Assembly (NCBI GenBank): GCA_045649045.1
Contig: JAZRPF010000010.1
Location: 1 to 61,260, forward strand
Direction of reading: 5' to 3'
DNA from: Eubacteriales bacterium
Lineage (GTDB): Bacteria; Bacillota; Clostridia; Oscillospirales; CAG-272
Length of the DNA stretch: 61,260 nt
This document shows positions 1 through 9,817 of this stretch, one piece after another. The notes beneath the pieces were generated by a model. The model saw nothing but the letters and a program-made list of their open reading frames with translations. It ran no database searches and was not told the origin of the DNA. The number at the start of each line of letters is the position of its first letter. Position 1 is the stretch's first letter. The position numbers and the translations under genes were made by a program.

Positions 1-66
1 AAAGAAAAAAAGAAGACCGCGGCCTGCAAGAATTTCTTCCGGTCATCGTTCTTTCATGAAAAATCA

Positions 67-1596
67 TCAGTCATTGAGCGAATTTTTCGCACTGACAGTG
101 ACTTCTCTATCGTAGCAGGCGAACATCTCGTCCACATCCTCGCGCTTGGGAGCAGGAGTGAGGAGGCTGACAAGCGGGACAATGACAAGACCTGCCAGCA
201 TCGCAAATGCGCCGCAGTTGATGGGTGATTGCAGAATTGTGGGGAAAAGCTCACGGAAGAGCATATTGAGAAGCATGATGCCTGCGCCAAAGAAGAAGGA
301 GCAGAAGCAGGCAATTTTGGTCGTGCGTTTCCAGTAGAGTGCGTAGATGAAGGGCGCGAGGAATGCACCTGCGAGTGCGCCCCATGAAATGCCCATCAAC
401 TGTGCAATGAAGGTGACATTGCTCTTGTATTGCAGAATGGCAAGGACAACCGAGATAGCAATAAAGACGGCAATGAAAATGCGCATGATGAGAATTTGGA
501 GCTTCTCACTCATTTTCTTCACGATATTGTCTTTGATAAGGTCGAGTGTCAGGGTAGAGGAGGAGGCGAGCACCAAGGATGAGAGGGTGGACATTGAGGC
601 GCTGAGCACGAGGACAATGACAACACCTATCATAATATCGGGCAATTTGGAAATCATTGCGGGGATAATGGTATCGAAACCGTTTTTTGCAATATCAGCT
701 TCGGTCAGACCGCTGATTCTGCCAAATCCGCCCAGGAAGTAGCAGCCGCCTGCGACAATCAAGGCAAAAACGGTGGAAATGATAGTACCTTTGGTAATCG
801 CCTTTTCGTTCTTGATAGCATAGAACTTCTGCACCATCTGTGGCAAGCCCCATGTGCCAAGCGAGGTCAGGATGACAACGCCGAGCAAATCGAGGGGGAG
901 AGGGCCAAAGAAGGAATTGTAGGCACCGGGCGTTTCGGCGGGAACTGCGGCAAGCTTGTTCAGTGCCTCGGCAAAGCCTCCGTGACCGCTGAGAACGGCG
1001 ATGATGACGGCGACGATGCCGACGAGCATGATGATGCCCTGAATGAAATCGTTAATGGCGGTTGCCATGTAGCCGCCTGCAACCACATAGATGCAGGTCA
1101 GAACTGCCATAATGAGAATACAGATGCTGTAATCAATATTGAAAGCCATGGCAAAGAGACGGGAAAGTCCGTTGTAAAGCGAGGCGGTATAAGGAATCAG
1201 GAAGATAAAGGCAATCAGAGAGGCAATCACTTTCAGGGAAACAGATTGGTATCTTGCGCCGAAAAATTCGGGCATGGTCGCGCTGGAGAGCTTTTGCGTC
1301 ATGAGGCGTGTACGGCGACCGAGAATCACCCACGCAAGCAGAGAGCCGATGATGGCATTGCCAATGCCAATCCAAGTTGACGCGATACCAAACTTCCAGC
1401 CAAACTGACCTGCATAGCCGACGAAAATGACGGCTGAAAAATAAGATGTACCGTAGGCAAAGGCAGTCAGCCAAGGGCCGACCGAGCGTCCGCCGAGGAC
1501 AAAGCTGTTGACATCGGTGGCATGGCGACGGCAGTAAAGTCCAATCGTAATTGTGATGGCGAAAAAGATGATCAGAAGCAAAATCTTAATAAGCAT
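67..1596 (-). CDS. sodium:solute symporter family (SSF) transporter
   Basis: 509-aa ORF, many hydrophobic spans, SSF-like N-terminal region (GGRSVGPWLTAFAYGTSYFSA); substrate not inferable. Confidence 0.75.
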   Translation of the reverse strand: MLIKILLLIIFFAITITIGLYCRRHATDVNSFVLGGRSVGPWLTAFAYGTSYFSAVIFVGYAGQFGWKFGIASTWIGIGNAIIGSLLAWVILGRRTRLMTQKLSSATMPEFFGARYQSVSLKVIASLIAFIFLIPYTASLYNGLSRLFAMAFNIDYSICILIMAVLTCIYVVAGGYMATAINDFIQGIIMLVGIVAVIIAVLSGHGGFAEALNKLAAVPAETPGAYNSFFGPLPLDLLGVVILTSLGTWGLPQMVQKFYAIKNEKAITKGTIISTVFALIVAGGCYFLGGFGRISGLTEADIAKNGFDTIIPAMISKLPDIMIGVVIVLVLSASMSTLSSLVLASSSTLTLDLIKDNIVKKMSEKLQILIMRIFIAVFIAISVVLAILQYKSNVTFIAQLMGISWGALAGAFLAPFIYALYWKRTTKIACFCSFFFGAGIMLLNMLFRELFPTILQSPINCGAFAMLAGLVIVPLVSLLTPAPKREDVDEMFACYDREVTVSAKNSLND

Positions 1597-1629
1597 TTTT
1601 GAATAGAGTCCCTTTCGTGAGTTCCAGCA

Positions 1630-2202
1630 TTACAGACCGAGCAAATGCTCAATCAAAATTTTTGTACCGATAGCGACGAGAATCAACCCGCCTGCAAGAG
1701 TGGCTTTTTTCTTGTACTTGACACCGCACTGATGACCGAGAAAAACGCCGAAGAAGCAGATAGCAAAGGTTGTTGCGCCAATCAGGGAAGAGGCAGAAAG
1801 AATGTTCACACGGTTGAAGGCAAAGGTGACACCGACTGCCAAGGCATCAATGCTTGTTGCCACCGCCATGATGATAAGCTGGGAAAGGCGCAGTGCTTCC
1901 TCACCGCAGCAATCACATTCCTCATCCTTGTCAAAAAAGACATCGAAAATCATTTTGCCACCGAGGAAGAGGAGCAGGAGAAAGGCGATCCAATGGTCAA
2001 AAGAGACGATGTACTCTTTGAAATTATAGCCGATTAAGTAACCGATGACAGGCATGAGTGCCTGAAAGACGCCAAAGCAAAATGCAACGGCAAGCATACG
2101 GGAAAGGCGAAGCACACGCATTCCAAGCCCTCGGCAAATTGACACGGCAAAGGCATCCATTGCAAGTCCGATGCCAATGAGGAAAACATCAATAAAACCC
2201 AT
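1630..2202 (-). CDS. mntP: manganese efflux pump MntP
   Basis: 190-aa membrane protein with duplicated MDAFAVS / SIDALAVG motifs typical of MntP/YebN. Confidence 0.8.
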   Translation of the reverse strand: MGFIDVFLIGIGLAMDAFAVSICRGLGMRVLRLSRMLAVAFCFGVFQALMPVIGYLIGYNFKEYIVSFDHWIAFLLLLFLGGKMIFDVFFDKDEECDCCGEEALRLSQLIIMAVATSIDALAVGVTFAFNRVNILSASSLIGATTFAICFFGVFLGHQCGVKYKKKATLAGGLILVAIGTKILIEHLLGL

Positions 2203-2413
2203 AAAACATCCTTGTTCCTTTGATTTTTGAAAAACATACTAAAAATTATAGCATAGTAAACCGCGAAAGTCAAGAAAATATTGCGAAAAAAAGAAAGCTT
2301 TTGCAGGAAAGTACTGTACCTTCATCAAAAGCCAATTTTTTCCGCCTGCATAACCAAAGCCACTTTTTGTCCATACTGAAAGCAGTATAGTTACTTGCAG
2401 AATGGAGTCCTTT

Positions 2414-3187
2414 ATGTATCGGAACAAAGTGGAGATCTGCGGTGTGGATACCGCAAAATTAAAGGTTCTGTCCGACGAAGAAAAGCGCAGGCTCCTTCTT
2501 CGCACCAAGGCGGGTGATGCGGCCGCAAGAGAAGAGCTGATTTGCGGTAATTTGCGGCTTGTTTTGAGTATTGTCCAGCGCTTTTCGGGCAGGCGGGAGA
2601 ACATGGACGACTTGTTTCAGGTTGGATGTATCGGTCTTATGAAATCAATTGACCACTTCAATGTCGAGCTTGATGTGAAATTCAGCACCTATGCAGTACC
2701 AATGATCATCGGGGAAATCAGACGGTATTTACGGGATAATAATTCAATTCGTGTCAGCCGTTCAATTCGCGATTTGGCATACCGTGCGCTTGCGGCACGC
2801 GAGGAGATTTCAAAGCAAAAGGAACGCGAGCCGACGGTTGATGAAATTGCCGAGAAAATCGGTGTGCAAAAGGCACAGGTCGCACAGGCACTTGAAGCCA
2901 TTGTCGAGCCGATTTCACTTTATGAGTCGGTCTATAATGACGGTGACGATACCATTTATGTCATTGATCAACTGAAAGACCATGACGATACAGACGAGGC
3001 GTGGGTGGAAAGCATTGCCCTGCGTGACGCCATGAAAAAGCTTGGCGAGCGTGAGCGTTCCATTATTCTTATGCGCTTCTATAAGGGCAAGACGCAAATG
3101 GAAATCGCCGAGGAAATCGGTATCTCACAGGCACAGGTCTCCCGCCTTGAAAAAAGCGCCATTGAGAAAATCAGAAAAGACTTCTGA
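2414..3187 (+). CDS. sigG: sporulation sigma factor SigG
   Basis: MYRNKVEICGVDT..GNLRLVLSIVQRF..FSTYAVPMIIGEIRRYLRDNN..ISQAQVSRLEK closely parallels B. subtilis SigG as I recall it; ATG at 2414 has GGAG 6 nt upstream, preferred over ORF-track start 2402. Confidence 0.85.
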   Translation: MYRNKVEICGVDTAKLKVLSDEEKRRLLLRTKAGDAAAREELICGNLRLVLSIVQRFSGRRENMDDLFQVGCIGLMKSIDHFNVELDVKFSTYAVPMIIGEIRRYLRDNNSIRVSRSIRDLAYRALAAREEISKQKEREPTVDEIAEKIGVQKAQVAQALEAIVEPISLYESVYNDGDDTIYVIDQLKDHDDTDEAWVESIALRDAMKKLGERERSIILMRFYKGKTQMEIAEEIGISQAQVSRLEKSAIEKIRKDF

Positions 3188-3290
3188 TATACGAAAATGA
3201 TGAAGAAAAAGATTTTTTCAGGTCGAGATTCAATTTTTGTTTTTTATAGTATGACTATGTATCTTTGCGTTCATCTACCCAAGAAAAAAC

Positions 3291-3332
3291 GCAAGAACAG
3301 ACTGCAAACTTTTGTTTGCAGTCTGTTCTTGC
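3291..3332 (+). terminator. rho-independent terminator after sigG
   Basis: perfect 19-bp stem GCAAGAACAGACTGCAAAC/GTTTGCAGTCTGTTCTTGC followed by T-rich tract. Confidence 0.7.
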
Positions 3333-3662
3333 TCTTTGCATTATCTTTTTTGCTGATATCCGAGTGAATCAATTGCATCTTGCTTGCTATACTTATCATC
3401 TTTATATTGCCTCCTTACAAAAGCAAGTAATCACATTGTATCAAATGAAGAGAGAAAAGGCAAATACTTATAATCTATCGCGGTTATGTTTTTTATCTAT
3501 CGGTGCATTGACAATCAAAGCAATTTGCAAGGAAAGGACGGCGAGCTTTGGTTGCCATCCTTTTACAGTCCGACTATTGACTTTAATGGAATTAAGTGCT
3601 AAAACGGAAATATATTGCGTAGTACAAACGAGCCAATTGATTTATGAAGGGGAAAATGAACC

Positions 3663-5900
3663 ATGTCACAAACCTACTACACAAAGCCTGCTGAAAATTT
3701 CAATGAGGCACAGCCGCTCGGCAACGGCACAATCGGTGCAATGCTGTTCGGCAAGACGGAAAATGAACGCATTGGGCTGAACCACGACACGCTCTGGACA
3801 GGGATTCCATGGCATGAAACCCGTGAAGGCAACTACGATGCTTATATGAAAGCCCGTACCGAAGTTCTGACTGAAAAATACGCCGATGCGCATACAACCA
3901 TCACAGAGGGCTTTGCTTCACGCAATAATTCCGACCGCTATCAGCCGTTTGGCGACCTTGTGATAACCTTTCCAAAAGGCGGAGAAGTGGAAAATTATGC
4001 GCGTGTGCTTTCACTTGATGACGCAGTCGCAAGGGTCACCTACACGCAAGACGGTGCAAGCTACACGCGTGAGATGTTCTGCTCCTATCCCGACAAGCTG
4101 CTTGCGATTCGTCTGACAGTCGATAAGCCGGGAACACTCTCGTTCAAAGCACATCTGAAATCTCCGCATAAAAATTCTATCATTGCCGGTGATGGAAGAG
4201 TCATACTTGACGGCGAATGTCCTCTCTCTTACACGCCCGATGAATCGCCCATATACTCAAGTGACCCGAAGCAGCGCGGCATTCGGTTTGCGGGCGAGCT
4301 GCGCGTCAAAACAGATGGAACAGTCATCAATCCCGACCTTACACACAGCAACTCGGCAGTTTGCGTTGAAAATGCGACAGAAGCGGTGCTTTTTGTTTCG
4401 ATTACCTCGTCGTACATTGACCCGTACCATCGTCCTGACGGCGAATACCGCAAGCCATTGACTGAGATTTTAGACAAGGCCGAGGCTCTTGGATGGGATA
4501 AGCTGATAGCGCGCCACCTTGAAGATTATCATGCATTTTACAATCAAATTTCTCTTGACCTTGGCAGCAGCGGACGCGAGGAGCTCCCCACCGATGAGCG
4601 TCTGGCACGCTTTGAGGAAGACAAAAATGATTGCTCGCTTTATACATTGCTGTTTGATTTCGGACGGTATCTCACGATTGCCGGCTCGCGCGAGGGCAGC
4701 TTGGCGATGAATTTGCAGGGCATTTGGAACGAAAAGCTGAAACCCGATTGGCGCTGCAATTACACGCTCAACATCAACACCGAGATGAACTACTGGCCAA
4801 CGCTCATGTGCGGACTTGAATCCTGCTATGAGCCGCTTTTGAAATTTATCGAGAACCGTGTGGAATCAGGCAGAAAAACCGCACGGGAAATGTATCACGC
4901 CCCCGGGTTTGTTATGCATCACAACTCAGATATCTGGGCGATGACCACGCCGGCGATGTGCGGAAACGCTTGCTGGGGCTTCTGGAACGGTGCGGCGGGC
5001 TGGCTCTGTTATCATTTGTACGAATATTATGCCTATACGGGCAATGTTGACTATCTGCGCAAAACAGCATATCCGATTATGCTCGAAGCAGCAGAATTTT
5101 ATCTTTCGCAGCTGATAAAGCAAGACGATGGGCGTCTATCGGTTTGTCCGAATGCATCACCGGAAAACACATTTATCACTGCCGAAGGTCAGCGGAGTGC
5201 CGTTTCAAAGTGGACGGCGATGAGTGATTCGATTGCCTGTTCGCTCTTCCGAAACTGTCTTGAAGCTGCAAAAATTCTTGGCGATAACAGCACGCTTCTC
5301 GCACAGCTTGACTCGGCTCTCGCCGAAATGAAGCCCTATGAAATCGGCACGGACGGCAAAATCATGGAGTGGAATGAGGAATTTGTCGAAAGAGAAGTGA
5401 CGCACCGTCATCTTTCGCATCTCTGGGCGCTGCATCCGGCAAGGATGATTACCGTGCGCGACAAGGAATACGCTACCGCTTGCCGCAAATCGCTTGAAAC
5501 TCGCGGTGACCGCGGCACAGGCTGGAGTCTCGGTTGGAAAATTAATATGTGGGCGCGTCTTGGTGATGGCAATCGTGCAAAGCAGCTTCTGGATATGCAG
5601 CTTCATTTGGTGTCGTCAGATGTTGAAACCAATCGGACCACCGGCGGAACCTATCCGAATTTGTTTGACGCACACCCGCCGTTCCAGATTGACGGCAATT
5701 TTGGCATGACGAGTGGCATTCTTGAAATGCTGGCTTCTCAGATTCCAACCGAAAACGGCGAAGAGCTTGTTCTTTTGCCTGCACTTCCTGATGGCTGGAA
5801 GAACGGCAGCCTGCGCGGAATGCGTCTTCGCGGCGGGCAGATTCTCGATATGTGCTGGAAAGATGGCAAGATTGCGGAACATTCGCTCAAAAAAGCTTGA
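3663..5900 (+). CDS. glycoside hydrolase family 95 (alpha-L-fucosidase type)
   Basis: 745 aa; N-terminal PLGNGxxGAM, central NLQGIWN and NYTLNINTEMNYWP motifs characteristic of GH95. Confidence 0.8.
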   Translation: MSQTYYTKPAENFNEAQPLGNGTIGAMLFGKTENERIGLNHDTLWTGIPWHETREGNYDAYMKARTEVLTEKYADAHTTITEGFASRNNSDRYQPFGDLVITFPKGGEVENYARVLSLDDAVARVTYTQDGASYTREMFCSYPDKLLAIRLTVDKPGTLSFKAHLKSPHKNSIIAGDGRVILDGECPLSYTPDESPIYSSDPKQRGIRFAGELRVKTDGTVINPDLTHSNSAVCVENATEAVLFVSITSSYIDPYHRPDGEYRKPLTEILDKAEALGWDKLIARHLEDYHAFYNQISLDLGSSGREELPTDERLARFEEDKNDCSLYTLLFDFGRYLTIAGSREGSLAMNLQGIWNEKLKPDWRCNYTLNINTEMNYWPTLMCGLESCYEPLLKFIENRVESGRKTAREMYHAPGFVMHHNSDIWAMTTPAMCGNACWGFWNGAAGWLCYHLYEYYAYTGNVDYLRKTAYPIMLEAAEFYLSQLIKQDDGRLSVCPNASPENTFITAEGQRSAVSKWTAMSDSIACSLFRNCLEAAKILGDNSTLLAQLDSALAEMKPYEIGTDGKIMEWNEEFVEREVTHRHLSHLWALHPARMITVRDKEYATACRKSLETRGDRGTGWSLGWKINMWARLGDGNRAKQLLDMQLHLVSSDVETNRTTGGTYPNLFDAHPPFQIDGNFGMTSGILEMLASQIPTENGEELVLLPALPDGWKNGSLRGMRLRGGQILDMCWKDGKIAEHSLKKA

Positions 5901-5970
5901 TTAGTGTATAGCGTTACCAAGCAATCTTCCGTCAGAATGTTCAAAGCAGTGAAAACAATATTTTCAAAAA

Positions 5971-6004
5971 GAACAAGGCGAGCTTTTTATGGCTCGCCTT
6001 GTTC
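5971..6004. terminator. bidirectional terminator hairpin between convergent genes
   Basis: GAACAAGGCGAGC-loop-GCTCGCCTTGTTC, A-run before and T-rich after. Confidence 0.65.
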
Positions 6005-6010
6005 ATATCT

Positions 6011-6976
6011 TTAATTATTTGCTATTTTTAATTTAATATCTCCCGTGTCGGTGGTAATTTCACATCTGCCGCCGACCACAGTTTTTGGAACGTCAATGTC
6101 ACCTGTGCTTGTCCTGGGTATAAATACTTTCTCCGAAAGTAAAGTTCCGGTTACATCGCCCGTATCTGTTTCTACCAAAATCTCGGCGGCATCGCAACCT
6201 TCAACCTTCACATCACCCGTGCTTCTCTTAATAGAGAGCTTTTCTGCGGCAATCACATTATTCAAAGAAATATCGCCGGTGCTTCCGCGTGATATTACGT
6301 TTTTGCACGCAATATTGGCGAGATTAGCCTTGCCTGTCGATACCTTGACCGTAACATCATCCGTGCAGCTCGCACCCGAAACAGTCACCTTGCCTGTAGA
6401 AACCGAAAGGTCAAGCGATTTTGCGGATACGCTTTCAATGCGAATGCTTCCCGTAGTCGTCTTTATTTTTATGCCTTCCGAAGCGGAAGCGCCATTCGTT
6501 ATGTCGCCTGTGCTTTCCGAGATGTCAATGCTTTTGAATTGAAAATCCTTGGGTATCTTCACATCTCCCGTGCTTGAACTTATCGAAAGTGCGCCGTATT
6601 CGCCCTGCGGCATATAGACGGTTATCTTTGGCGAGCTGAAATTTATACTTATATGTTCATACCATTTTCTCGTATCTACGACCTCTATTACAAGCGTATC
6701 GCCCTTTACCGAAACCGAGTGTTTTACGTTTTTCTGCTCGTAACACACAACCGAGCATTTTGAATTTTCGGAAGGAATGAAGCTAATATCGGCAGTATTG
6801 GTAACCACCGAGATTGATTGGAAATCTTCATTTATTTCATAATTGTTTGTTTCGTACTTGTTCGTCGATAATTTCGTAAAATCCCATTTGAGCATTGCCA
6901 TCACGCCTCCAAAAATAATGCATCCAATCAATATAAAAGAAGTGGCTACAAGCCATATTTTCGCGCTTTTGCTCAT
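6011..6976 (-). CDS. DUF4097-type beta-strand repeat protein with N-terminal membrane anchor
   Basis: 321 aa; repeated STGDI/TGDV(K) beta-helix-like units; third gene of PadR-DUF1700-DUF4097 operon. Confidence 0.7.
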   Translation of the reverse strand: MSKSAKIWLVATSFILIGCIIFGGVMAMLKWDFTKLSTNKYETNNYEINEDFQSISVVTNTADISFIPSENSKCSVVCYEQKNVKHSVSVKGDTLVIEVVDTRKWYEHISINFSSPKITVYMPQGEYGALSISSSTGDVKIPKDFQFKSIDISESTGDITNGASASEGIKIKTTTGSIRIESVSAKSLDLSVSTGKVTVSGASCTDDVTVKVSTGKANLANIACKNVISRGSTGDISLNNVIAAEKLSIKRSTGDVKVEGCDAAEILVETDTGDVTGTLLSEKVFIPRTSTGDIDVPKTVVGGRCEITTDTGDIKLKIANN

Positions 6977-7575
6977 GATGCTTCCTCCTTTTTAACAAAA
7001 CACCTTTTAATACCCAAAGCCATTTTTTTGGTAAGCAGCAAAGTGCCTTTTGTTGCCGCTTTGCACCCTAAGAACAAGAAAATAGAAAGTCCTGTGCAGA
7101 ACATACTTGCACCGACCATAGCAATTCCCGTAGGACCGTTACCTTGACAGATAAAGATTACACTTGCTGCCACACCGCCGAGGGCACAAGCAACAAGCGA
7201 AACAAAGACAGCCCATACGGAAACGATAACAGAGCATAACACAGCGTAAAGTGAAAGCATCACGGCGAACGCGGCAATCGCCAGCGAAAGCCATATGGGA
7301 GAACCGAGTGCCAAAAGCACGATTTCCCATGCTTTGAGCCGCTTTTTAGGTTTGAGCCTTTCTTTTGCGATTTTGGTAAGAGGAATATCTGCTATAATCT
7401 GCGTTGCAATCTCACTTGCAGTGCCAATATCCGAAACGGCTTCTTCCTCCGTCTGCCCTTCTTCCATTCTGTCGTCAATCATTTCACTGTAAAAAATAAG
7501 ACGCTCTTCAACATCTTGCTTGGGAAGACCTGACAGGCTTATTTTGAGCGTATGTAAGAACTCTTGTTTTTTCAT
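6973..7575 (-). CDS. DUF1700-type membrane protein
   Basis: 200 aa; soluble N-terminus (LPKQDVEERLIFYSEMIDDRMEEG) then TM segments; 4-nt overlaps with both neighbours. Confidence 0.65.
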   Translation of the reverse strand: MKKQEFLHTLKISLSGLPKQDVEERLIFYSEMIDDRMEEGQTEEEAVSDIGTASEIATQIIADIPLTKIAKERLKPKKRLKAWEIVLLALGSPIWLSLAIAAFAVMLSLYAVLCSVIVSVWAVFVSLVACALGGVAASVIFICQGNGPTGIAMVGASMFCTGLSIFLFLGCKAATKGTLLLTKKMALGIKRCFVKKEEAS

Positions 7576-7889
7576 TTTTCCTCATCCTCCTTGATGACAA
7601 ATTGATAAATTGACATCACCTCACGCCACTCATTCTTGAAATCTTCAATGCGTCCAAGCCCTGCGTTTGTGATATGATAATATTTTCGTAGCCGTCCTCC
7701 ATGCTCGGAGGTATATACCGTCAGCATCCTCGCAAGCTCCAAACGCTTCAATATCGTATATAGAGTCGATTCCGACATCTCTATATAAGGCTTCATATCT
7801 TTGATAATCTTATAGCCATAAGAATCTCCACTCTTGATAGCGGCTAACACGCATACATCGAGTAACCCTCGCTTTAATTGAATATCCAT
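7572..7889 (-). CDS. PadR family transcriptional regulator
   Basis: 105 aa; LLDVCVLAAIKSGDSYGYKIIKD..TLYTILKRLE winged-helix PadR signature. Confidence 0.85.
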   Translation of the reverse strand: MDIQLKRGLLDVCVLAAIKSGDSYGYKIIKDMKPYIEMSESTLYTILKRLELARMLTVYTSEHGGRLRKYYHITNAGLGRIEDFKNEWREVMSIYQFVIKEDEEK

Positions 7890-7913
7890 AGCATACTCCT
7901 CCTTACATAATAC

Positions 7914-7942
7914 ATCATATCACGAAGTATTGTTTTTGTCAA
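7914..7942 (-). promoter_or_regulatory. sigma-A type promoter for padR operon
   Basis: minus strand TTGACA-N17-TATGAT with TG extension, about 25 nt upstream of the padR RBS. Confidence 0.5.
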
Positions 7943-8102
7943 GTGTTTCTTATAATTAATTTCAAATTTTTTACTTCAAATTGGCAACAAGCATTTTATC
8001 CACCGAAAAGAAAATCAGACTCCATAAAAAGTGTCATACCTCTGACTTTATATAGGGACAACACTTTTACATCAAAAATCATAGAGTCCATCGGACAAAA
8101 AA

Positions 8103-8149
8103 CTGTTGTCCCTCATATAACTCACTCAGGGTGTGTTATATGAGGGACA
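8103..8149 (-). terminator. terminator hairpin downstream of the displaced spoIVB 3' remnant
   Basis: perfect 17-bp stem GTTGTCCCTCATATAAC/GTTATATGAGGGACAAC; on the minus strand followed by AGTTTTTTG. Confidence 0.6.
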
Positions 8150-8181
8150 ACTTCTTTGATATATTTTCCTGTTTTTCGGTT

Positions 8182-8324
8182 TTACGACGCGTCCACTAAC
8201 GGCATAGGCAGAGAGCCGAGCATATTTTCTATAAATATCCCGTATCCCGTGGTGGGGTCGTTGATGAGCACGTGGGTGACAGCGCCGACAAGCTTGCCAT
8301 TCTGGATGATGGGGCTGCCGCTCA
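8182..8324 (-). pseudogene. displaced 3' fragment of spoIVB (C-terminal ~47 codons plus stop)
   Basis: translates [35 protein letters not shown]..., paralogous to the C-terminus of the intact spoIVB at 11599..12675; no start codon or upstream part. Confidence 0.75.
8297..8324. repeat. 28-bp exact direct repeat, copy 1 (islet boundary)
   Basis: CCATTCTGGATGATGGGGCTGCCGCTCA identical to 11702..11729; flanking bases differ on both sides. Confidence 0.9.
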
Positions 8325-8354
8325 CGACTGTTGTCAATAGGGGACAACAATTTT

Positions 8355-9188
8355 CTATAAGAATTTGCGAATTTGAGTGGGTGTAACACCAAAGTTTTTT
8401 TTGAAAGTATATGATAAATGTGACTGCGAAGAAAAACCACATATTGAAGAAATTTCTTCAATTGTTAATTGAGTTGATGTAATCAGCTCGTGTGCTTTTA
8501 TAAGTCTTTGTTTTAAGATATATTGATGGAGTGTTGTACCTTCCTCTTTTTTAAAAATTTCATTAAGATAAAAAGGATGATAATTTAGCATTTTTGCAAT
8601 TTGTTTATTATTTAAATCAATTTTTTCAGATAGTATAGCTTTAATTTGTTTACACACCGAATTGTTATGTGTATCTTGTATATTCCGGAATATATTTATT
8701 AAAATTATTTTCATGACGGCACTTTGCAATGCTTCATAGCCTTCTTTTTTCAACAATCCTTCGTCGCAAATTCGTTCCAACGCATCTTCGCACCATATGG
8801 AAGCAGGTAAATAAATAATACTTTCAAACAATTTACTCTTAGTTTCGTATTGTGTATAAAGTATGTTGCTCGGCGGACAGCCTTTATATTCCTCAGGTCC
8901 CATAGGAGCAATGTTTGAATAACTATGTGAAAAATCAAAATTCACAGTATAAATCAGCAATTTGTTTTCTTTGCACAGCGAAAACTTATAAGGCATCCCA
9001 CATGGATAATAAATAAGCGCGCCCGCTGAAAGCGGGTACACTTTTCCGCCGCTTTCAAAACTTCCATTGCCTGATAAAATGTATATAAGTCTGCAATCAT
9101 TTGCGACGATGGTTTTATCAGCAATGATATATGTGCTTTTTGCAATATATCTTACAAAAGGATTAAAATTAGTATTCACAAAATGCAC
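8355..9188 (-). CDS. AraC family transcriptional regulator
   Basis: 277 aa; cupin-like N-terminal half, C-terminal double HTH ([30 protein letters not shown]). Confidence 0.85.
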   Translation of the reverse strand: MHFVNTNFNPFVRYIAKSTYIIADKTIVANDCRLIYILSGNGSFESGGKVYPLSAGALIYYPCGMPYKFSLCKENKLLIYTVNFDFSHSYSNIAPMGPEEYKGCPPSNILYTQYETKSKLFESIIYLPASIWCEDALERICDEGLLKKEGYEALQSAVMKIILINIFRNIQDTHNNSVCKQIKAILSEKIDLNNKQIAKMLNYHPFYLNEIFKKEEGTTLHQYILKQRLIKAHELITSTQLTIEEISSICGFSSQSHLSYTFKKNFGVTPTQIRKFL

Positions 9189-9292
9189 CCCTTTCTTTGT
9201 TTTTTGAAAAAAACTGCTTTGTTTTACATATTGATTATATCTGCTTTTTATGTTAAAGTCAATATGTAGAATTGAGGAACGGAACTGTATTT

Positions 9293-9817
9293 ATGATTGC
9301 AATGTTAATAGGAACACTTGGGATTACGGCAAACTGTGTCATATATCAGCAAAAAAACGGCAAAAATCTGTTGCTATGGAAAATGATTTCAGATATTTTG
9401 TGGTTTTTTCATTATTTGTTTTTAGGTGCGTATTCAGGAAGTGCGGTTGCTATGATAGGAGTATTTCGTGAATTTGTTTTTTATAAAGAAAATCAAAAAG
9501 AAAGAAAAAATATTTTTTTCTTAATATTTTTCTTATTCGCAACCTTTTTATTTACGATAATTACATGGAACGGCGTCACAAGTGTTTTTCCGGCGCTTGC
9601 CTCAATAATTTCAATTATAGGTTTTTGGAAAGCCAATCCCGTGCATTCCCGAGTGCTTGCTTTTCCTGTTTCAGGCCTAATGCTTACATACGATATAGGT
9701 TGTGCTTCTTATGTTGGAATTGTAAATGAAGTATTAACACTATTTGCTACAACGTTTGCAATAATTTATAATTTATACAAAAGAAAGGTTGATAAAAATG
9801 AGAATAGGTGTTGTTAA
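9293..9817 (+). CDS. YgjV-like inner membrane protein
   Basis: small polytopic membrane protein resembling the YgjV family from memory; ATG 9293 preferred over the TTG at 9272. Confidence 0.45.
   Translation: MIAMLIGTLGITANCVIYQQKNGKNLLLWKMISDILWFFHYLFLGAYSGSAVAMIGVFREFVFYKENQKERKNIFFLIFFLFATFLFTIITWNGVTSVFPALASIISIIGFWKANPVHSRVLAFPVSGLMLTYDIGCASYVGIVNEVLTLFATTFAIIYNLYKRKVDKNENRCC

Noticed and set aside
3265-3780. 171-aa plus-strand ORF between sigG and the GH95 gene
   Set aside because: It starts inside the sigG terminator hairpin, runs through AT-rich promoter-like DNA and overlaps the well-supported GH95 start, so it is unlikely to be translated.
8126-8461. 111-aa and 86-aa minus-strand ORFs as real genes
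   Set aside because: Only the last ~47 codons of the 86-aa frame are SpoIVB-like. The upstream part runs out of frame through the AraC gene's 3' end, so it is treated as a gene remnant and not a CDS.
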